32,000 nt of DNA from a cyanobacterium endosymbiont of Epithemia turgida isolate EtSB Lake Yunoko (GCF_000829235.1 NZ_AP012549.1:1710001-1742000), one strand, 5' to 3'; counted from the first letter of the stretch, positions 1-11,225 are shown. Notes: generated by a model not told the origin, from the sequence alone. Program-made: numbers and translations.

Positions 1-460
1 TTCCAGTAAAAAACTTTCGAACATACACCTCTGGATATGGTTATCGGACATCTCCAATTCCTGAAGAAACTTAATTTCATCGAAGGTTAGATATGGCTGC
101 CCCTTGGGTAGTTATGTGCGACATTGGTAGGTAGGTCGAGTGATAAGTTTATCCGATCATATTGCTTGTGGAACGATGATTAAAATTTAATTAGGACAGT
201 GGCAACATATTTACTGCCATTTCTGCCATTTGATGGGATCAGTTGAAGACACTGCTTAGGGACATTATTTGATAGATTGAGATGGGGGAATTCTTATTTG
301 GCAAGGTCAAGAAATTCCAGCAGGGGTAAGAATTGATCGTGTTGGGATGACTGGCCGAACTACTGGATATCATTTACATTGGGGATTAAAACATGAATAT
401 CAATATATTAACCCTGGATTAGTAATTCAGGAAATGTTTCGCTATCAAGTATCTTCTTGA
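1..460 (+). pseudogene. Decayed M23 (LytM/NlpD-type) peptidoglycan endopeptidase; 5' end may lie beyond the window
   Basis: From position 30 one frame reads SGYGYRTSPIPEET*FHRRLDMAAP. This matches the M23 pattern fG.R.hP..g..r.H.GiD.aaP (HxxxD zinc site) but contains a stop. A different frame at 281-460 reads QGQEIPAGVRIDRVGMTGRTTGYHLHWGLKHEYQYINP...*, matching the C-terminal G..V..Gq.IG.vG.TG.stGpHLHfe (HxH) motif. Stops and at least one frameshift separate the two pieces. Confidence 0.7.
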
Positions 461-876
461 AGTCCACAGTAATAGTTCGGGTTTATCTCTAATCACAAAC
501 CGGCAAATCGAAGTTGTTCTTTTATATAAGAAATTACTGTTACCATTATGGGTGTTTAAATTATTATTTAAATATTTATCAATTATAGATATTAAATATT
601 TACTTATTCTAATATTTCTTGCTAAAAAACTTATCTATAGCTATAAAAAACATTTAGTAGCTATTATCAATAGATAGTTGCTAAATGTCTACATTAAGAC
701 ATAATATTTACTGAATTTTTTTATTTAAATATTAAAGATATAGTCTTTTCTTTTGGGCATATATCTAGTTATTTGAGTATAAATTCATATATCTATTAAT
801 ATTCTTTTTAAGAAGATTTAATTTACACCTTAAAATTCAAGTCAAAATATAATTAAAACTATAGAAAAACTCATCC

Positions 877-1647
877 TTAAGATGATATTATCCTACCATA
901 ACGAGCTATAGATTCACCCTTTTGCCAAGCCCACATTTGATCGCCTAAAGAAAAATGCCACCATTCTTTAGGATGACGACAAAATCCGGCTTGACTCATA
1001 ATCTTATTTAAAATTTCTCGTCGTTGATGATAGGTTCTTCCCGTTTTAGAATTATTATTAATATAATAATTAGGGTGTGATCGCTCTGAAATTTCATCAA
1101 TTTCTCCCCCCATATTGAGAGAATTTCCTTTATTATCAACTAAGGTAATATCAATAGCAGCCCCGGTACTATGGGGAGGAGGAGTCGCATGATTATCACT
1201 AGGAATTGCCCAAATTTGATATACTTTTTCCCAGATAGTTTGTTGTTGCTGAAGGGTTAATTTTTCTAGAATTAACCTTTGTTCCTTAATAACTAAATTA
1301 AAGGTATAATCGACCATAAATTGTTGCACTTGTACAGGTCGATAGGCATCAAAAATTTGTATGTTCCATTCTGGATACTCTTGATGTAAATAAGTTTTAG
1401 CATTTAATAAAGCATTCAAAACCCCTTTACGTAAATAATAAGGAGATTTTTCTTGATAAATTGCTCCTAATTTTTCATAGGGATGGGGTGATTCTATAAA
1501 AAATTGTTCTAGGGGAATAGTAACTAAAGGCTCTCTACAATCTTGGATGACAATGCTATGATAAGGCTTAATATTCATATATTTACTATTAGTAACTAGT
1601 AAAAAATAAGAAAAGATAAAAAAATAAATCAAACACCATAACTTCAC
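877..1647 (-). CDS. ddpX: D-alanyl-D-alanine dipeptidase (VanX/DdpX family, peptidase M15D) with a hydrophobic N-terminal signal or anchor
   Basis: 256-aa ORF. It carries the zinc-site motifs PHSTGAAIDITL (SxHxxGxAxD type) and KEWWHFSLGD (EWWH type). The N-terminus MKLWCLIYFFIFSYFLLV is signal-like, and an alternative start exists at MNIKPY. Confidence 0.85.
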   Translation of the reverse strand: MKLWCLIYFFIFSYFLLVTNSKYMNIKPYHSIVIQDCREPLVTIPLEQFFIESPHPYEKLGAIYQEKSPYYLRKGVLNALLNAKTYLHQEYPEWNIQIFDAYRPVQVQQFMVDYTFNLVIKEQRLILEKLTLQQQQTIWEKVYQIWAIPSDNHATPPPHSTGAAIDITLVDNKGNSLNMGGEIDEISERSHPNYYINNNSKTGRTYHQRREILNKIMSQAGFCRHPKEWWHFSLGDQMWAWQKGESIARYGRIISS

Positions 1648-2499
1648 TGTGCAATCTTATTAAAGACTATCGTAAATCTAAAAATATTGCTATCTTTAGG
1701 ATAACAGCTTATAGTCTATTTGAAATAATTGACTCAGTAGTTCTTTATCTCATAGAGATATCATCGATAATATCATTAATAGTATATCTAATCACCCCTT
1801 AGATATACCTTTCCAGAAGCTAATGCAATATATCTCCACTATTCATCTTTTGTTATTCAAAATTTTGATTTATTTTTAAAATAACTATTAGTTAGATTTT
1901 TAAATTTAAATATCCTATTTATATTTTGGTTAGTTTTTAATGCCATTAGGTTATTTGTATATGATCATATTCTCTTTATTTATTGATTAAAATTTAATAC
2001 TTATTCTGTCTTCTTCTGATGAAAAAATTTAGGTAAAACTGCTAACTGAATTTCTGAAAAGATTAAGAATTATACATGTACTTATCCAGAAGTAATTTTT
2101 TTAGTATCCTTTTTACTGATTTTATTTTTCTGTTTTAAACAGTTTAAATATTTAATTAATATAGTGTTTAAAAAGTAGATATAATGTTTGTTGTCCAAAA
2201 TAACTATTGTGGAGACAGGAAGTCATCAAGCGTTATTAAATCATAAAACAATCTATCATCATCTTCATCATTTACAAGAAACAAAATAACTTTTATTAGA
2301 TAATAATTAATATACTATAATATTTTGAAACTTAAATTATATTGATTTCGTCTTCAATAACCTATAGTTGGTTATAATCAAACTAAATTAAACAGTCAGG
2401 TAATTATATTTGATTTATATTTAACCCTTAAGAGAGTTGACAATCATCAACTCTGTTTTCGATAACTCATAAAAAATATGTAATTACTGGTTAATATCT

Positions 2500-3876
2500 A
2501 TGAATTCTATTTGGAATCAATTTACTCTTTCCTATTTCTCTCCATATCAATGGCTTAGTGGCAGTTATTTATATCGTACTGTCGGTTTACTGAGTCAATG
2601 GCGACAGGGAAGTTTGCTCTTAAAATGGGGAGAGCCTCTTGGTGCATTATTGATTAGTATTGTCTTGATTTTTGGACCCTTTATTACCACTAGTTTAATT
2701 GGAATTTGGTTAATAGCTTTAGCTGGGTATTGGGGAATATTAACCATATCTGATCAGGGACCACCAGGAGTTACTCCTATTCATCTAATGGTGATGTTGT
2801 ATTGGGTAATTGCTGCTATTGCAGTAGCATTTTCTCCAGTCAAAGCAACTGCATTTTCAGGATTGATTAAGTTGAGTTTATACCTTTTCTTTTTTGTAAT
2901 ATGTGCGCGAATTCTAAGATCATCTCGTCTTACTAACTGGCTAATTACTGTTGTTTTACTAATTGGCTTAGTGGTCAGTTCCTATGGAGTGAGACAAAAT
3001 TTTTTTGGAGTTGAACAGTTAGCTACCTGGAATGATCCTAGCTCTGAATTAGCGCAAGCAACTCGTGTTTATAGTTATTTAGATAATCCTAATTTACTTT
3101 GTGCCTATTTATTTCCGGCAATCGCGCTGAGTATTGGGGCAGTTTTTATCTGGCAAGGTTGGTTACCAAAAACTTTAGCAGTCACCATGGTTTTGACTAA
3201 TTCTGCTTGTCTATATTTTACAGGCAGCAGGGGCGGATGGATTGGCATGATAGCCTTGTTAGTCGTCTTTATGTTATTACTTTTCCTCTGGTTTTGGAAA
3301 TTTTTGCCTATTTTTTGGCGTAAATGGTTATTAACCCTAGTATTGGGAGGGTTTACAGGATTTATTCTGGTTGCAGTGATGACGATAGAACCTTTGCAGT
3401 TACGAGTTCTGAGTATTTTTGCTGGACGTGAAGACAGTAGTAATAATTTTCGAATGAACGTTTGGATGGGAGTGATCGATATGATAAGAGATTATCCCCT
3501 AACGGGTATTGGTCCGGGAAATGGGGCTTTTAATATTGTTTATCCTCGTTACATGAGTCCTAAATATAGTGCTTTGAGTGCTTATTCTATCTTCCTGGAA
3601 ACAGCAGTGGAAATGGGATTAATTGGCTTAGGAATTTTTCTTTGGTTAACTGTAGTTATTCTTAATCAAGGGGTTCAACAAATGCAACGGTTACGTTTAA
3701 AACATAATATCCAAGGACTTTGGTTGATAGCGGCAACCGCGGCCATAGCTGGGATTTTAGCTCAAGGGTTAGTTGACACAGTTTGGTATCGTCCTCAAGT
3801 TAATACTTTGTGGTGGTTTGTCGTGGCTTTGATTGCTAGTCAGTATCAATTTCAAACAAAAGAACAAGGTTTTTAA
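2500..3876 (+). CDS. ictB: IctB-family polytopic membrane protein (O-antigen-ligase/Wzy_C-like core)
   Basis: 458-aa multi-TM ORF, collinear by eye with Synechococcus PCC 7942 IctB. Shared blocks: TPIH..LYW, RVYSYL.NPNLL.AYL, SRGGW, LSIF.GREDSSNNFR.NVW, GIGPGN.AFN.VYP.Y, LSAYS...E.AVE.GL.GL, DTV.YRP...TLWW. Confidence 0.85.
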   Translation: MNSIWNQFTLSYFSPYQWLSGSYLYRTVGLLSQWRQGSLLLKWGEPLGALLISIVLIFGPFITTSLIGIWLIALAGYWGILTISDQGPPGVTPIHLMVMLYWVIAAIAVAFSPVKATAFSGLIKLSLYLFFFVICARILRSSRLTNWLITVVLLIGLVVSSYGVRQNFFGVEQLATWNDPSSELAQATRVYSYLDNPNLLCAYLFPAIALSIGAVFIWQGWLPKTLAVTMVLTNSACLYFTGSRGGWIGMIALLVVFMLLLFLWFWKFLPIFWRKWLLTLVLGGFTGFILVAVMTIEPLQLRVLSIFAGREDSSNNFRMNVWMGVIDMIRDYPLTGIGPGNGAFNIVYPRYMSPKYSALSAYSIFLETAVEMGLIGLGIFLWLTVVILNQGVQQMQRLRLKHNIQGLWLIAATAAIAGILAQGLVDTVWYRPQVNTLWWFVVALIASQYQFQTKEQGF

Positions 3877-3892
3877 AACTTACAAACACTGA

Positions 3893-3943
3893 CTGAAAAG
3901 ACTATCTATGAAGTCTATAGCCTTTTCAGCATAATTGTTTTTT
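3893..3943 (+). terminator. Possible ictB terminator hairpin (non-canonical)
   Basis: CUGAAAAG (3893-3900) pairs with CUUUUCAG (3922-3929), with additional internal pairing. The hairpin starts about 16 nt after the ictB stop. A T6 run (3938-3943) follows, but 8 nt after the stem rather than directly. Confidence 0.3.
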
Positions 3944-4803
3944 GTCAACGCTCTGATAAATTTGTAATGTCATGTTTGTTCTTAGAACAAATTAATTCTA
4001 GAACTAATTTATAAATACGTTTTAAAAACTATTAAAAGCACCACCTCTGCTTTTCTTTTATGTTAAAATTCCCCATCTATGTTTATTTTTTAGTTGATCA
4101 ACTCCTTTGGTTTTCTGATTCTTAACAAGACATCTCTCTACTTCTAAACTATTTTATTCCGGGTGTAATTTGATGGTTTTAAGAACTACTGTCGTTCATA
4201 CATATTTATCTTTTAAGATCTTACCGGTTAACCTATCTTTTTTTTCCTTTGCTATTCGTTCTGAATACTGTTCGATTTCGGGGAATAAGAATATAAATAT
4301 TTTTTCTGGGTCTGCTTAGCTTTTTTTAGCTCTCTTCTTTGAGATGAGCTACTACTTGTAGCTGACGATAGATTAAAGTGTTTTTAACTAAATTTTTTTC
4401 ACAGCTTTACAGAGCACTCCACTGTACTATTAATCCAAGCTTATTCCATAAATTGTTGTATAGACTGTTTTTAGTATAGATGCAGTCTTCCCTATTAAGT
4501 AAAGTTCTTCCCTACTCTGACTTGAGAAATACCCTTAAAGAAGAAGACAACATCGACCAATTAGAGTTTTTCTGGCTAACTCTGCTACAATATTTTGGTA
4601 TCTGTTTGTGATTATTATTTTTAACGCTGTAACATACATTAGCATAATGTCACGTGTTTATGTACAACTAATTTAGAAAAAAACAATTCATTCAACCTGT
4701 CTAGAAATGAAAAGGGTAATCACCTTCCTTTCCTCAGAAAATTTAGGTAGAAGCTCTGTCGTAGAAAAATGACTTTATATGACAATATTAAACGGAATAA
4801 TAT

Positions 4804-6801
4804 ATGAACCCAACCAACAACATTCTTATCATTGGCGGTGGCATTATTGGCTTGTCCATCGCTGTAGATCTTAGACTAAAAGGTGCGTCTGTCACCCTCC
4901 TTAACCGCAATTTTTCCCAAACGGCAAGTCAAGCAGCTGCGGGAATGTTGGCCCCCCATGCGGAAGCTCTAACTCCGGGACCTTTTCTGAATTTATGTAT
5001 GAAGTCTCGCTGGCTATACCCTGAATGGGTTCGCAAAATTCAAGACCTTACCGGACTCGATCTAGAATACAATCCTTGCGGTATTATGGCTCCTGTTTAT
5101 GATCTTCCCTCCGAGTATTTGCCTAATACCGCTACAGCCCAGTGGTTAGATAAGACCGCTATTCGTTCCCATCAACCAGGGTTAGGAAATGATGTCGTCG
5201 GAGGATGGTGGTATCCCGAAGATGGTCAAGTAGACAACTGCAAAGTCATAAAAGCTCTGAGCCAAGCAGCCCAGCAATTAGGAATTAACGTTCGCAATGG
5301 AGTGACTGTTCAAACTGTTCAACAAAAACAAGGCAAGGTGACTAGTGTTTTAACGACTGAGGGAGAAATTAAAGCGGAGACTTACGTGCTCGCTAGTGGA
5401 TCTTGGGCTAGTCGAATTCTTCCTTTACCTGTGCGCCCAGTCAAGGGACAAATATTGTCTGTTACCATGCCCCGACAACCCGAAGAACCTTTTCCTTTAC
5501 AACGGGTATTATATGGTCCAGCTACCTACCTTGTCCCCCGACGTGATGGTCGTTTAATTATTGGCGCAACCTCTGAAGAGGTAGGTTGGACTCCCCAAAA
5601 TACCCCTCAAGGTATTGAGACCTTACTAACTAGGGCGATTAGACTTTATCCTGAATTAGCTAATTGGCCGATTCAGGAATTTTGGTGGGGCTACCGCCCG
5701 GGAACCCCAGATGAATTGCCAATTTTAGGTCAAAGTTCTTGTGATAATCTTATCTTAGCTACGGGACATTCTCGTAATGGTATTTTACTAGCTCCTATAA
5801 CCGCCTCCTTAATTAGTAATTTGATTATTAACCAGAAGTCTGATCCTATTCTCGATGATTTTCGAAGTGATCGCTTCTACAGTCTACCTACTCCTACAAT
5901 TATGACAACTCTTAATCCAGTTCTTCCAACTCCCCTTAATGGAACTAACGGCTCATTATCCTATCGAGAACTTTCCTCCTCTACTCACGATGACTTGATA
6001 ATTGCCGGACGCCACTTTCACTCACGTTTAATGACAGGAACAGGGAAATATCCTAACATTGCAAGTATGCAAAACAGTGTGGCTGCTAGCGGTTGCCAAA
6101 TTGTAACCGTCGCTGTTAGACGAGTGCAAACTAAAGCTCTTGGACATGAAGGGCTAGCCGAAGCTTTAGACTGGAGCAAAACCTGGATGTTGCCCAATAC
6201 TGCAGGGTGTAAAACAGCTCAAGAAGCTATCCGAGTGGCTAGGTTAGGACGGGAAATGGCAAAACTATTGGGACAAGAAGATAATAACTTTGTCAAGCTG
6301 GAAGTGATTCCAGATACTAAATACCTGCTACCTGATCCCATCGGAACTTTACAAGCAGCTGAAATATTAGTCAAAGAAGGGTTTGCAGTACTTCCCTATA
6401 TTAACGCTGATCCTCTATTAGCCAAACGTCTTGAAGAGATAGGATGTGCTACAGTGATGCCCTTAGGTTCCCCCATAGGTTCAGGTCAGGGTATTCGCAA
6501 CGAAGCTAACATCACTATTATTATCCAAGAAGCAAAAGTACCCGTAGTAGTAGATGCTGGTATAAGAACCCCCAGTGAAGCAGCAAAAGCGATGGAATTA
6601 GGAGCTGATGCAGTATTAATTAATAGTGCGATCGCCTTGGCTGAAAATCCTGTGAAGATGGCAGAGGCAATGGGAATGGCGACTAAAGCCGGACGTTTAG
6701 CTTATTTAGGAGGTCGTATTCCTCTCAAAGATTATGCCAGTGCTAGTTCTCCTTTGACAGGAACTATCGATAGTCAAAAGTTATCATTAACTAGTAGGTG
6801 A
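4804..6801 (+). CDS. thiO/thiG: Bifunctional glycine oxidase ThiO / thiazole synthase ThiG fusion
   Basis: 665 aa. The N-terminal FAD domain shows [12 protein letters not shown] (dinucleotide fold) and [12 protein letters not shown] Pro/Thr/Ser-rich linker of about 45 aa follows. The ThiG domain, starting near nt 5990, shows [40 protein letters not shown] and AVLINSAIA. Confidence 0.95.
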   Translation: MNPTNNILIIGGGIIGLSIAVDLRLKGASVTLLNRNFSQTASQAAAGMLAPHAEALTPGPFLNLCMKSRWLYPEWVRKIQDLTGLDLEYNPCGIMAPVYDLPSEYLPNTATAQWLDKTAIRSHQPGLGNDVVGGWWYPEDGQVDNCKVIKALSQAAQQLGINVRNGVTVQTVQQKQGKVTSVLTTEGEIKAETYVLASGSWASRILPLPVRPVKGQILSVTMPRQPEEPFPLQRVLYGPATYLVPRRDGRLIIGATSEEVGWTPQNTPQGIETLLTRAIRLYPELANWPIQEFWWGYRPGTPDELPILGQSSCDNLILATGHSRNGILLAPITASLISNLIINQKSDPILDDFRSDRFYSLPTPTIMTTLNPVLPTPLNGTNGSLSYRELSSSTHDDLIIAGRHFHSRLMTGTGKYPNIASMQNSVAASGCQIVTVAVRRVQTKALGHEGLAEALDWSKTWMLPNTAGCKTAQEAIRVARLGREMAKLLGQEDNNFVKLEVIPDTKYLLPDPIGTLQAAEILVKEGFAVLPYINADPLLAKRLEEIGCATVMPLGSPIGSGQGIRNEANITIIIQEAKVPVVVDAGIRTPSEAAKAMELGADAVLINSAIALAENPVKMAEAMGMATKAGRLAYLGGRIPLKDYASASSPLTGTIDSQKLSLTSR

Positions 6802-8000
6802 TGCTTCTCTTCACGAGTTGCATAAGTGTACAGCGCGGGCTTCTCTTGCTCACGATAAGATGCTATTGTTTCATCATATAGAAAATGTTGACATTTATTT
6901 ACTCCCATTCAGATGCCTTCACAGTGGGCATCGCTGACTATCCATCGGCTGTAAATACATCGTTTTTTTAAGCACCAGAAAAACTTTTCTATTAGCTAAA
7001 GCAGTGGGGTTTATCTTTTGTATTTACCCGTCTGTTTTTATGTATCGATTAGACTTATTCTGTTCCAGGTTTTATAGTTTCGTCGTAAAGTACTGAGTGC
7101 GCTTTCATCCCGACACTGAAACATTGCAGTGATTATTCTCCTATAGTTCGATACTTTCCACTTATTTATCTTATTTATAGCGTGAGGACTACCGTTTGGA
7201 AGCTAATAGGACAAAAAGCTTAGTTTTGATTATGGATAATCATGATTTTTATAAAAGACTAAAATATGACAACATGTCGAATTACTAGATTTTTTTCAGA
7301 TCCCAACTTATGTAACATAAATTTTAGAAGCAACAGAATCCTCTGGAATTCACAGTTTAGGAAATAGTAAAAATTTATACTATTTTAGTCCTTATCTTGT
7401 TGACAGAAAACATAGTTATTTTTTGAACTTTATAAACAGAAGTATACTTTAAAAAAAGCTTTTAAAATAAAACCAAAAGACACGATAACAAACTATATTG
7501 TCGAATAAGTTATTTGAATAAAAATATAAGTGCTATTTGTTAAAAACACTACTTTTATTCTCACTATCTAAGTTAAAGTGCGACGAGATAAACGCTTATC
7601 TAAAATAGTAATTACTAATAATCAAGGCTATTATTTTTAGATAGAAACAGCACTAATTAAAGCTGAATTACCATTTGCAACTAAATAAAGAGAGATTTGG
7701 GGGAGGAAATAGATATAAGCAATCAACCGAATAAAAAAGTAAATAAAGCGATTCTAAACACTTCTATTTCTTGAATATTTAATATAAAATATATTTTCAA
7801 ATAGCTGTCAACTATTTAAATCAAAAAACGCTTATAAAATTAAATTTTATTAATTAGTTAAAGTAACTATATCATCTATAGTCTAACCCGATTAAGAAGG
7901 TAAGTTAATTAGTATATAAAGAATATGGACTGCTAGGAATATAGAGAAATTAGCTAAATGACGACTAAAGTCAACACCAATTTTACAATTACTTTTTTCC

Positions 8001-8066
8001 AATTGTTTCTAGAAGTCACTTATAATCTACTCAAATATTGATTATAAGTGACTTCTAGAAACAATT
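8001..8066. repeat. Perfect 27-bp inverted repeat with a 12-nt loop
   Basis: Arm aattgtttctagaagtcacttataatc (8001-8027) is the exact reverse complement of gattataagtgacttctagaaacaatt (8040-8066). The loop is tactcaaatatt. Confidence 0.95.
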
Positions 8067-8362
8067 TTTAAACCATCGACTCCAAATTCATTTTTTTAAA
8101 AAATAAAATGATAAAAATAAAAAATATTTTACTAATTAGGGTCATTCATGCTGACTCTAATCAATTCTGTTATTAAACATATGGGTTACTTCCCTTGTGC
8201 TGAATTTACAAGGTAATACTTTTTTATAAAAAAGTATTTTTATATTGACTAAAATTAATGATTTATAAAGGTTAAAATAATCAGAATAACCAAGAATTAA
8301 AATAAAAAGTGAAAGAGTGTTAGACACTAGAGTTTTTACTAATTTTCAACAATCAAAATATT

Positions 8363-8938
8363 TTATAGTTTCGTTACTTTTAATGATTTTTGTGTTTTTT
8401 CTTGATTACGATAACGTTTTTTCGTATAAAGTTGAATTGAAAGAGTTATTGTAATAATAAGAGTGAAAACTAGTAAAGTAGTCAAGTATAATGGTAAATT
8501 TTTTTTAAAAACGGCTAGTAAAATAATTATGACCAATAATATGGTTGGAGCTTCATTGAAAGCGCGAAACTGTTGACCTGTCCATTGGCATTCTCCTTTC
8601 TCCAACTGTTTCATAATCCAGCCACACAAGAAATGATAAGCTAAAAGTAGGGCGACGAAAGCTAACTTAATATGTAACCATCCTAACTTTAAAATTTCAG
8701 GTTTTGTAAAAATTAAACCAATAGCCATGGTCACTGTCATTACCATTCCTGGTGTGGTAATGATATTATAGAGACGTTTTTCCATAATTTCATATTGAGT
8801 TTTAAGGATCGTTTGGGCAGGTTCAGTTTCTTGAGAAGCCTCCACATGGTATACAAATAAACGAACTAAATAAAATAATCCTGCAAACCAAACCACAATA
8901 CCAATAAGATGAAAGGCTTTGAACCAAAAATATATCAT
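8363..8938 (-). CDS. hemJ: Protoporphyrinogen IX oxidase HemJ
   Basis: 191-aa membrane ORF. The N-terminus MIYFWFKAFHLIGIVVWFAGLFYLVRLFVYH matches the HemJ (Synechocystis slr1790-type) signature, and the rest is helical-hydrophobic. Confidence 0.9.
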   Translation of the reverse strand: MIYFWFKAFHLIGIVVWFAGLFYLVRLFVYHVEASQETEPAQTILKTQYEIMEKRLYNIITTPGMVMTVTMAIGLIFTKPEILKLGWLHIKLAFVALLLAYHFLCGWIMKQLEKGECQWTGQQFRAFNEAPTILLVIIILLAVFKKNLPLYLTTLLVFTLIITITLSIQLYTKKRYRNQEKTQKSLKVTKL

Positions 8939-9293
8939 TATACTTGTTTACAATTATATAAATTGAAACTAATTATTAATTGCAAGTGTACCGAGTTCTT
9001 TAAGAGTTATCTAAAAATCCTCAACAAAAATTCATAGAAGACCTTACATAACTTTTGAGAGAATTTATTTTCTTAGTATCAAATACTTAGTTTTTAAAAT
9101 TTTAGAGTATAAATTAGTTCCTGATATCTAAATCTATTTTGACAAGGAGCAAATTATCGCCTATTTCCCATCAGGTAGACTTTCCAGATAGACTGTATTT
9201 AATTGACTTTAGACAAACCACCTATAGTGACTTAAGATGATCTTGAACTAGCTATAATCTAGAAGGACAATCAAGGAGTGAAACGGAATATAG

Positions 9294-11225
9294 ATGCAGA
9301 TACAAAAGAGTGTGTCATCGGTCGAGATTAACTTATTCAACCTTAGTCAGGCTATCTTGTCCAGCCAAGACTATTTACTTTCCCAGCAATATCCCGACGG
9401 GTATTGGTGTGGGGAACTTGAGTCGAATGTTACTCTAACAGCCGAAACTGTTCTACTTCATAAAATTTGGGGAACTGACACAATTCTTCCCCTCCATAAA
9501 GTGGAAACCTATCTTCGTCGTCAACAAAATGAACAGGGAGGATGGGAACTTTTTTATAGTGACGGTGGAGAAATTAGTACTTCTGTTGAAGCCTATATGG
9601 CCTTGCGTTTATTAGGAGTTTCTCAAGAAGATCCTGCATTAATTCGAGCTAAGGACTTTATTCTCAGTAAGGGTGGTATTAGTAAAACTAGAATTTTTAC
9701 CAAGTTTCATCTAGCTTTAATTGGCTGTTATGACTGGCGAGGAATTCCTTCTATTCCTCCTTGGATTATCTTATTTCCTAATAATTTTTTCTTTAATATT
9801 TATGAGATGTCTAGTTGGGCTAGAGAAAGTACAGTTCCCTTATTAATTGTCTTTAATGAAAAGCCTGTTTTCCAAATTGATCCAGTTTTTACGCTTGATG
9901 AATTATATGCCGAGGGGATTACAAGTGTAAAGTATATTTTGCCTAGTAATAAGAATTGGTCAGATATTTTTCTGATATTAGATAAAATTTTTAAATGGAG
10001 TAGAAAAAATAATTTAGTTCCCTTCTATAAAAAAAGTATTCAAGCCTCAGAACAATGGATTTTAAACCATCAACAAGAAAGCGGAGATTGGGGAGGAATT
10101 ATGCCCCCGATGATCAACTCATTAATTGCTTTTCGGGTACTTAATTATGATGTAGCCGATCCCTGTGTTCAAAGAGGATTTGAAGCCATTGATCGTTTTT
10201 CCATTGAAGACGAAAAAACCTATCGTGTTCAAGCTTGTGTCTCTCCTGTTTGGGATACTGGTTGGGCCTTAAGATCTTTAGTTGAATCAGGGTTAAAACC
10301 GGATCATCAAGGTTTAGTTAAAGGAGGTGAATGGCTACTCAATCAACAAGTTCTTGACTATGGAGATTGGGCGATTAAAAATCATAAAGGAAAACCAGGG
10401 GGCTGGTCTTTTGAATTTACAAACCGTTTCTATCCAGATCTCGATGATTCTGGGGTAATAGTCATGGCTTTACATGGCGTTAAATTGCCCGATGAAAATC
10501 GCAAACAGGCTGCTATTAATCGTTGTGTGGAATGGATGGCAACTATGCAATGTAAGCCTGGGGGTTGGGCAGCTTTTGATGTGAATAATGATAAAAATTG
10601 GATCAATGAAATTCCCTATGGAGACTTAAAAGCCATGATCGATCCCAATACGGCTGATATCACTGCCAGAGTGTTAGAAATGTTGGGGTCTTGTGGCTTG
10701 GAAATCGACGGTGATAGGGTTCAAAAAGCTTTAACTTATTTAGATAAAGAACAAGAAGCTGATGGTAGTTGGTTTGGAAGGTGGGGCGTAAACTATATTT
10801 ATGGAACCAGTGGAGTATTATCTGCCTTAGCAGTCATTGCGGCGGATACCCATAAACCCCAGATGGAAAAAGCCATTAACTGGCTAGTTAGTTGTCAAAA
10901 TACTGATGGAGGATGGGGCGAAACCTGTTGGAGTTATGATGATCCTTCCCTCAAAGGAATAGGAGTTAGTACTGCCTCTCAGACCGCTTGGGCCTTAATT
11001 GGATTATTGGACACGGGGAAAGCATTAGGAACTTTTGCCACCGATGCTATAAAACGGGGTATTAACTATTTGCTAGCTAGCCAAACAATTGAGGGAACTT
11101 GGGAGGAAGCCGAGTTCACAGGAACAGGGTTTCCGTGTCATTTCTATATCCGTTATCACCTTTACTGCCATTATTTTCCGTTAATGGCTCTGGGCCGTTA
11201 TTATAAACTATCATCCCAAATGTAA
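9294..11225 (+). CDS. shc: Squalene-hopene cyclase
   Basis: 643 aa. Repeated QW motifs: QNEQGGWELF, QQESGDWGG, GKPGGWSFEF, CKPGGWAAF, EADGSWFGRWG, NTDGGWGE, IEGTWEE. The Asp-rich catalytic motif is present as DLDDSG. The C-terminus shows GTGFP..FYIRY..Y...FPLMAL. Confidence 0.95.
   Translation: MQIQKSVSSVEINLFNLSQAILSSQDYLLSQQYPDGYWCGELESNVTLTAETVLLHKIWGTDTILPLHKVETYLRRQQNEQGGWELFYSDGGEISTSVEAYMALRLLGVSQEDPALIRAKDFILSKGGISKTRIFTKFHLALIGCYDWRGIPSIPPWIILFPNNFFFNIYEMSSWARESTVPLLIVFNEKPVFQIDPVFTLDELYAEGITSVKYILPSNKNWSDIFLILDKIFKWSRKNNLVPFYKKSIQASEQWILNHQQESGDWGGIMPPMINSLIAFRVLNYDVADPCVQRGFEAIDRFSIEDEKTYRVQACVSPVWDTGWALRSLVESGLKPDHQGLVKGGEWLLNQQVLDYGDWAIKNHKGKPGGWSFEFTNRFYPDLDDSGVIVMALHGVKLPDENRKQAAINRCVEWMATMQCKPGGWAAFDVNNDKNWINEIPYGDLKAMIDPNTADITARVLEMLGSCGLEIDGDRVQKALTYLDKEQEADGSWFGRWGVNYIYGTSGVLSALAVIAADTHKPQMEKAINWLVSCQNTDGGWGETCWSYDDPSLKGIGVSTASQTAWALIGLLDTGKALGTFATDAIKRGINYLLASQTIEGTWEEAEFTGTGFPCHFYIRYHLYCHYFPLMALGRYYKLSSQM

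Noticed and set aside
4560-4803. A TPP riboswitch upstream of thiO-thiG.
   Set aside because: I found no CUGAGA or ACCUGAUCUGGAUAAUGCCAGCG-like core elements in the 250 nt before the start codon.
6802-7200. The GC-richer stretch after thiO-thiG as a pseudogene. The minus strand reads ...WIVSDAHCEGI, faintly like a trypsin-type TAAHC motif.
   Set aside because: The resemblance is a single short motif with no collinear supporting motifs in any frame.
9203-9278. A promoter/RBS call for shc: TATAAT at 9253-9258 and AAGGAG at 9273-9278.
   Set aside because: TATAAT-like hexamers are abundant by chance in this AT-rich DNA. No -35 element is well spaced, and the AAGGAG lies 15 nt from the ATG. The evidence is too weak to report as a feature.
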